DNA of 32,000 nucleotides, taken from NCBI GenBank assembly GCA_049606355.1, contig JBMYVL010000003.1, positions 60,001-92,000 of the forward strand. Direction: 5' to 3'. How positions within the stretch are numbered: the stretch's first letter is position 1; every line of letters begins with the position of its first letter. This stretch comes from Opitutales bacterium (lineage in GTDB: Bacteria > Verrucomicrobiota > Verrucomicrobiia > Opitutales > Coraliomargaritaceae). Shown here piece after piece: positions 29,858 through 32,000 of this stretch. A program made the translations under genes and the position numbers. The notes beneath the pieces were generated by a model that was not told the origin of the DNA, did not search any database, and was given only the letters and a program-made list of their open reading frames with translations.

Positions 29858-30589
29858 ATGACTACTCGCGAGCTATTACAACGATTTGAGCGTGGGCAAC
29901 TGGACTTAGAAACGACCCTCGCACAATTACAGGGGTTCGAAGATCTAGGGCACAGTCGAGTGGACCTCCATCGCGAGCAGCGTAACGGGGCGGCGGAAGT
30001 AATTTACGGCGAAGGCAAAACTGCCGAGCAGATCGAAGCCATCATGCAGAGCATGCTCAAGCGGGAGCAAAACACCCTTGTCACGCGACTCGACCGCGCA
30101 ACTGCAAGTCAGCTCCAAAGGCAGTTCCCACAAGCAGACTATTGCCCGCAGGCGCGGCTATTGCGCGTAAGACTTCAAGAGCCCAAAACCGTTTCCAGTA
30201 AAATTGCTATTGTCTGCGCGGGGACTTCGGATCTCAGCGTTGCTGAAGAGGCCAGACAAACCGCTGAATTCTACGGCAATCCAGTCGAGACTGTGTACGA
30301 TGCCGGTGTCGCTGGCTTACACCGTCTCCTCGCCAGCCTCGACACCATTCGTGCATGCCGCGTAGTTGTCGTAGTGGCCGGCATGGAAGGTGCCCTACCC
30401 AGTGTCGTCGGGGGCCTCGTCGACGCTCCAGTCATAGCCGTCCCCACCAGCGTAGGCTACGGCTCCAGTTTCGAAGGACTCTCCGCACTACTGGGCATGC
30501 TCAACACTTGCGCCAGTGGCATTAGCGTCGTCAACATAGACAATGGCTTCGGCGCAGGCTTCCTCGCCAACCGTATCAATCGCCTTTAA
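29858..30589 (+). CDS. larB: LarB, NaAD carboxylase/hydrolase (PurE-like) for NPN cofactor synthesis
   Basis: Motifs are KIAIVCAGTSDLSVAEEA, VVVVVAGMEGALPSVVGGLVDAPVIAVPTSVGYG and NIDNGFGAG. It starts 3 nt after the larC stop. Confidence 0.85.
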   Translation: MTTRELLQRFERGQLDLETTLAQLQGFEDLGHSRVDLHREQRNGAAEVIYGEGKTAEQIEAIMQSMLKREQNTLVTRLDRATASQLQRQFPQADYCPQARLLRVRLQEPKTVSSKIAIVCAGTSDLSVAEEARQTAEFYGNPVETVYDAGVAGLHRLLASLDTIRACRVVVVVAGMEGALPSVVGGLVDAPVIAVPTSVGYGSSFEGLSALLGMLNTCASGISVVNIDNGFGAGFLANRINRL

Positions 30590-31599
30590 ACGTGATCGCT
30601 TCGGCGGTGACTACAGGCCGACTCATAATATCCGGCACCATGCTGTAGCGCCACAAAATCGGGTCCGTCTACCGATTCATTCACCGCAAAGCGAGCCCGC
30701 TCCTCCGCCGCGAACGGTTGTGCGGCACAGCCCGCCACGGCTTGATCGACATACTCCAACTTATCCACGCCGACCACATGGCAACATACCTGGGGGTAAC
30801 TCAAGGCATACTGTAAAACTTGCTGCGCATTAGTCCGCTCATGCAGGTGAGTTCGGCGACTACCACCAAAGCCCTTCATCCCTAACACTGCAATTTCATG
30901 TTGCTCACACAGCGGCATTATTTCGCTCTCAAATGCCCGGGATTTCAACGCCCCGACAACTGAAACCGGCATCAGCGTCGCATCCCAAGCATATCCACCT
31001 TCGATAATCTCACGATGGACTGCTACATCCGTGTGACCGGTAAAGCCAGTATAACGAATCTTACCTTGTTTTTTGGCCAGCTCTAAGGCCTCGATCGCAC
31101 CTTCCCTACGATACGCATCGTGGGCATCGTCCCCGCTGACATTGTGGAGCATCCATAAATCCAGGTGATCGGTCTGCAAGCGGCGCAGCGAATCCTCCAG
31201 CATCTGCATCGCACCCGCTACGTCAGGCGTATAGTGGTTGGTATGGTAATTACAGAATTTGGTCATCAAAAACACAGAGTCACGACGACCCTTTAGTGCC
31301 TCCCCCATGTAAGTCTCTGCTTCGCCTTTATGATAGTCCCAAGCATTTTCAAAAAAGTTGACCCCAAGATCGAGCGCACGGTGCGTGATGGCGTTGGCGT
31401 CTTTTTGCGAACCAGCCAGATAGAGGGTGTGCCCGCCAAAACCGACGACGGAGAGCTGGTCATCATAACGTCCAAACTTACGCTTGGGCATCACTACCTT
31501 TTCGGCAGCTGCGGCCCAAGCCGATGGGCTTTTCAATAAGGCAGCGGAGCCCAGTGAAAACTGAAGGAAGCGACGACGTGAAACACTCATAAGCAACAA
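30586..31599 (-). CDS. Aldo/keto reductase with twin-arginine (Tat) signal peptide
   Basis: The N-terminus MSVSRRRFLQFSLGSAALLKSPSAWAAAA is a Tat motif (RRxFLx), hydrophobic region and AxA site. The AKR core has GVNFFENAWDYHKGEAE (Tyr), LMTKF (Lys) and LWMLHN (His). The start may be ATG 31590. Confidence 0.8.
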   Translation of the reverse strand: MLLMSVSRRRFLQFSLGSAALLKSPSAWAAAAEKVVMPKRKFGRYDDQLSVVGFGGHTLYLAGSQKDANAITHRALDLGVNFFENAWDYHKGEAETYMGEALKGRRDSVFLMTKFCNYHTNHYTPDVAGAMQMLEDSLRRLQTDHLDLWMLHNVSGDDAHDAYRREGAIEALELAKKQGKIRYTGFTGHTDVAVHREIIEGGYAWDATLMPVSVVGALKSRAFESEIMPLCEQHEIAVLGMKGFGGSRRTHLHERTNAQQVLQYALSYPQVCCHVVGVDKLEYVDQAVAGCAAQPFAAEERARFAVNESVDGPDFVALQHGAGYYESACSHRRSDHV

Positions 31600-31619
31600 A
31601 ATTAAAGATTACCAATAAT

Positions 31620-31638
31620 TCGTATTAAAATAATACGA
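31620..31638 (-). terminator. AT-rich 8-bp hairpin between the upstream partial gene and the AKR gene
   Basis: TCGTATTA-aaa-TAATACGA. On the minus strand it is followed by a T-rich run (ATTATTGGTAATCTTTAATTTTG). It lies about 100 nt after the stop at 31739 and 21 nt before the AKR start, so it could be a terminator or an operator. Confidence 0.3.
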
Positions 31639-31738
31639 CCCTACGCTGCAAAATTAAAAAATGATTCTGCTTATAATTTTATTTAACCCACTTCATCGAG
31701 TTTAATTGGGCACATCGTCACCACACAAAAATAGGCTC

Positions 31739-32000
31739 TTATTGCTCCTGCACCTCAATGCGTAAGAATTGCTGAGAGCCATCCTGCGGTATTTGTACAG
31801 TAATCGCATCAAGTCCTGTCCCAAAGCCATTGGGAACAATGAAAGAGCTATAGCTTGGCTCACTCCAGTTTTGGAGATCCGTACTGGTTTGCAGCAAATA
31901 AACCATCCCTGAGTCACTACGACGAGGATAGACTAACTGAAACTCGGAGCCCGCATCATTAAATTGTATTGGATAGATACCGGATGATGCGTTCGTCGGA
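31739..32000 (-). CDS. C-terminal end (86 codons) of a larger, probably secreted protein; 5' part is outside the window
   Basis: Not in the ORF track. The minus-strand frame is open from the window edge to TAA at 31741-31739: ...SEFQLVYPRRSDSGMVYLLQTSTDLQNWSEPSYSSFIVPNGFGTGLDAITVQIPQDGSQQFLRIEVQEQ*. From memory, the L-x-[ST]-S-x-DL-x-W ... FxR pattern is a recurrent C-terminal beta-sandwich tail in PVC-group secreted proteins. Confidence 0.45.
   Translation of the reverse strand, partial: PTNASSGIYPIQFNDAGSEFQLVYPRRSDSGMVYLLQTSTDLQNWSEPSYSSFIVPNGFGTGLDAITVQIPQDGSQQFLRIEVQEQ

Noticed and set aside
31702-31917. 71-aa minus-strand ORF from the track
   Set aside because: A different minus-strand frame is open from the window edge to 31739 and encodes a plausible conserved C-terminal beta-domain. 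The track ORF is probably an out-of-frame artefact.

Overview
By eye this is a densely packed, moderate-GC core-chromosome segment, not an accessory island. I support 27 complete protein genes, 2 partial CDSs at the window edges that the ORF track missed, one weakly supported 61-aa ORF, and one tRNA-His. I saw no CRISPR array, transposase, integrase, phage gene or long repeat. The gene content is a Cys-type sulfatase with an anaerobic sulfatase maturase, a Tat-signal aldo/keto reductase, a C-terminal 'STDLQNW' beta-domain and almost no Shine-Dalgarno sequences. This suggests a marine PVC-type (Verrucomicrobiota-like) bacterium, which is inference only.

Gene order:
- AK-like kinase (partial, -)
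- lpxK (-)
- topB, serC, anSME (+)
- sulfatase (-)
- tRNA-His (-)
- HAD hydrolase (+)
- LbH transferase (-)
- hflX, 6-TM protein, family-4-like UDG (+)
- clpC, mcsB, mcsA, ilvE, acs (all -)
- 591-aa unknown protein, hisF (+)
- SSS symporter and its small subunit (-)
- 61-aa ORF, DMT permease (+)
- larE (-)
- larC, larB (+)
- Tat-AKR (-)
- secreted-protein C-terminus (partial, -)

The loci most worth a second look:
1. A complete larE/larC/larB nickel-pincer cofactor biosynthesis set with no LarA-type user enzyme nearby.
2. An mcsA-mcsB-clpC arginine-phosphorylation/degradation module in a non-Firmicute-looking context, with no ctsR gene and no CtsR box.
3. A 591-aa cytoplasmic protein I cannot assign to any family.
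4. Several atypical variants: an extended adenylate-kinase-like protein, a UDG with Asn in motif B and an N-terminal extension, and a Tat-exported AKR with Glu at the catalytic Asp position.

I found no compelling evidence for a wholly new multi-gene system. All family assignments come from motif recognition by eye, not database searches.
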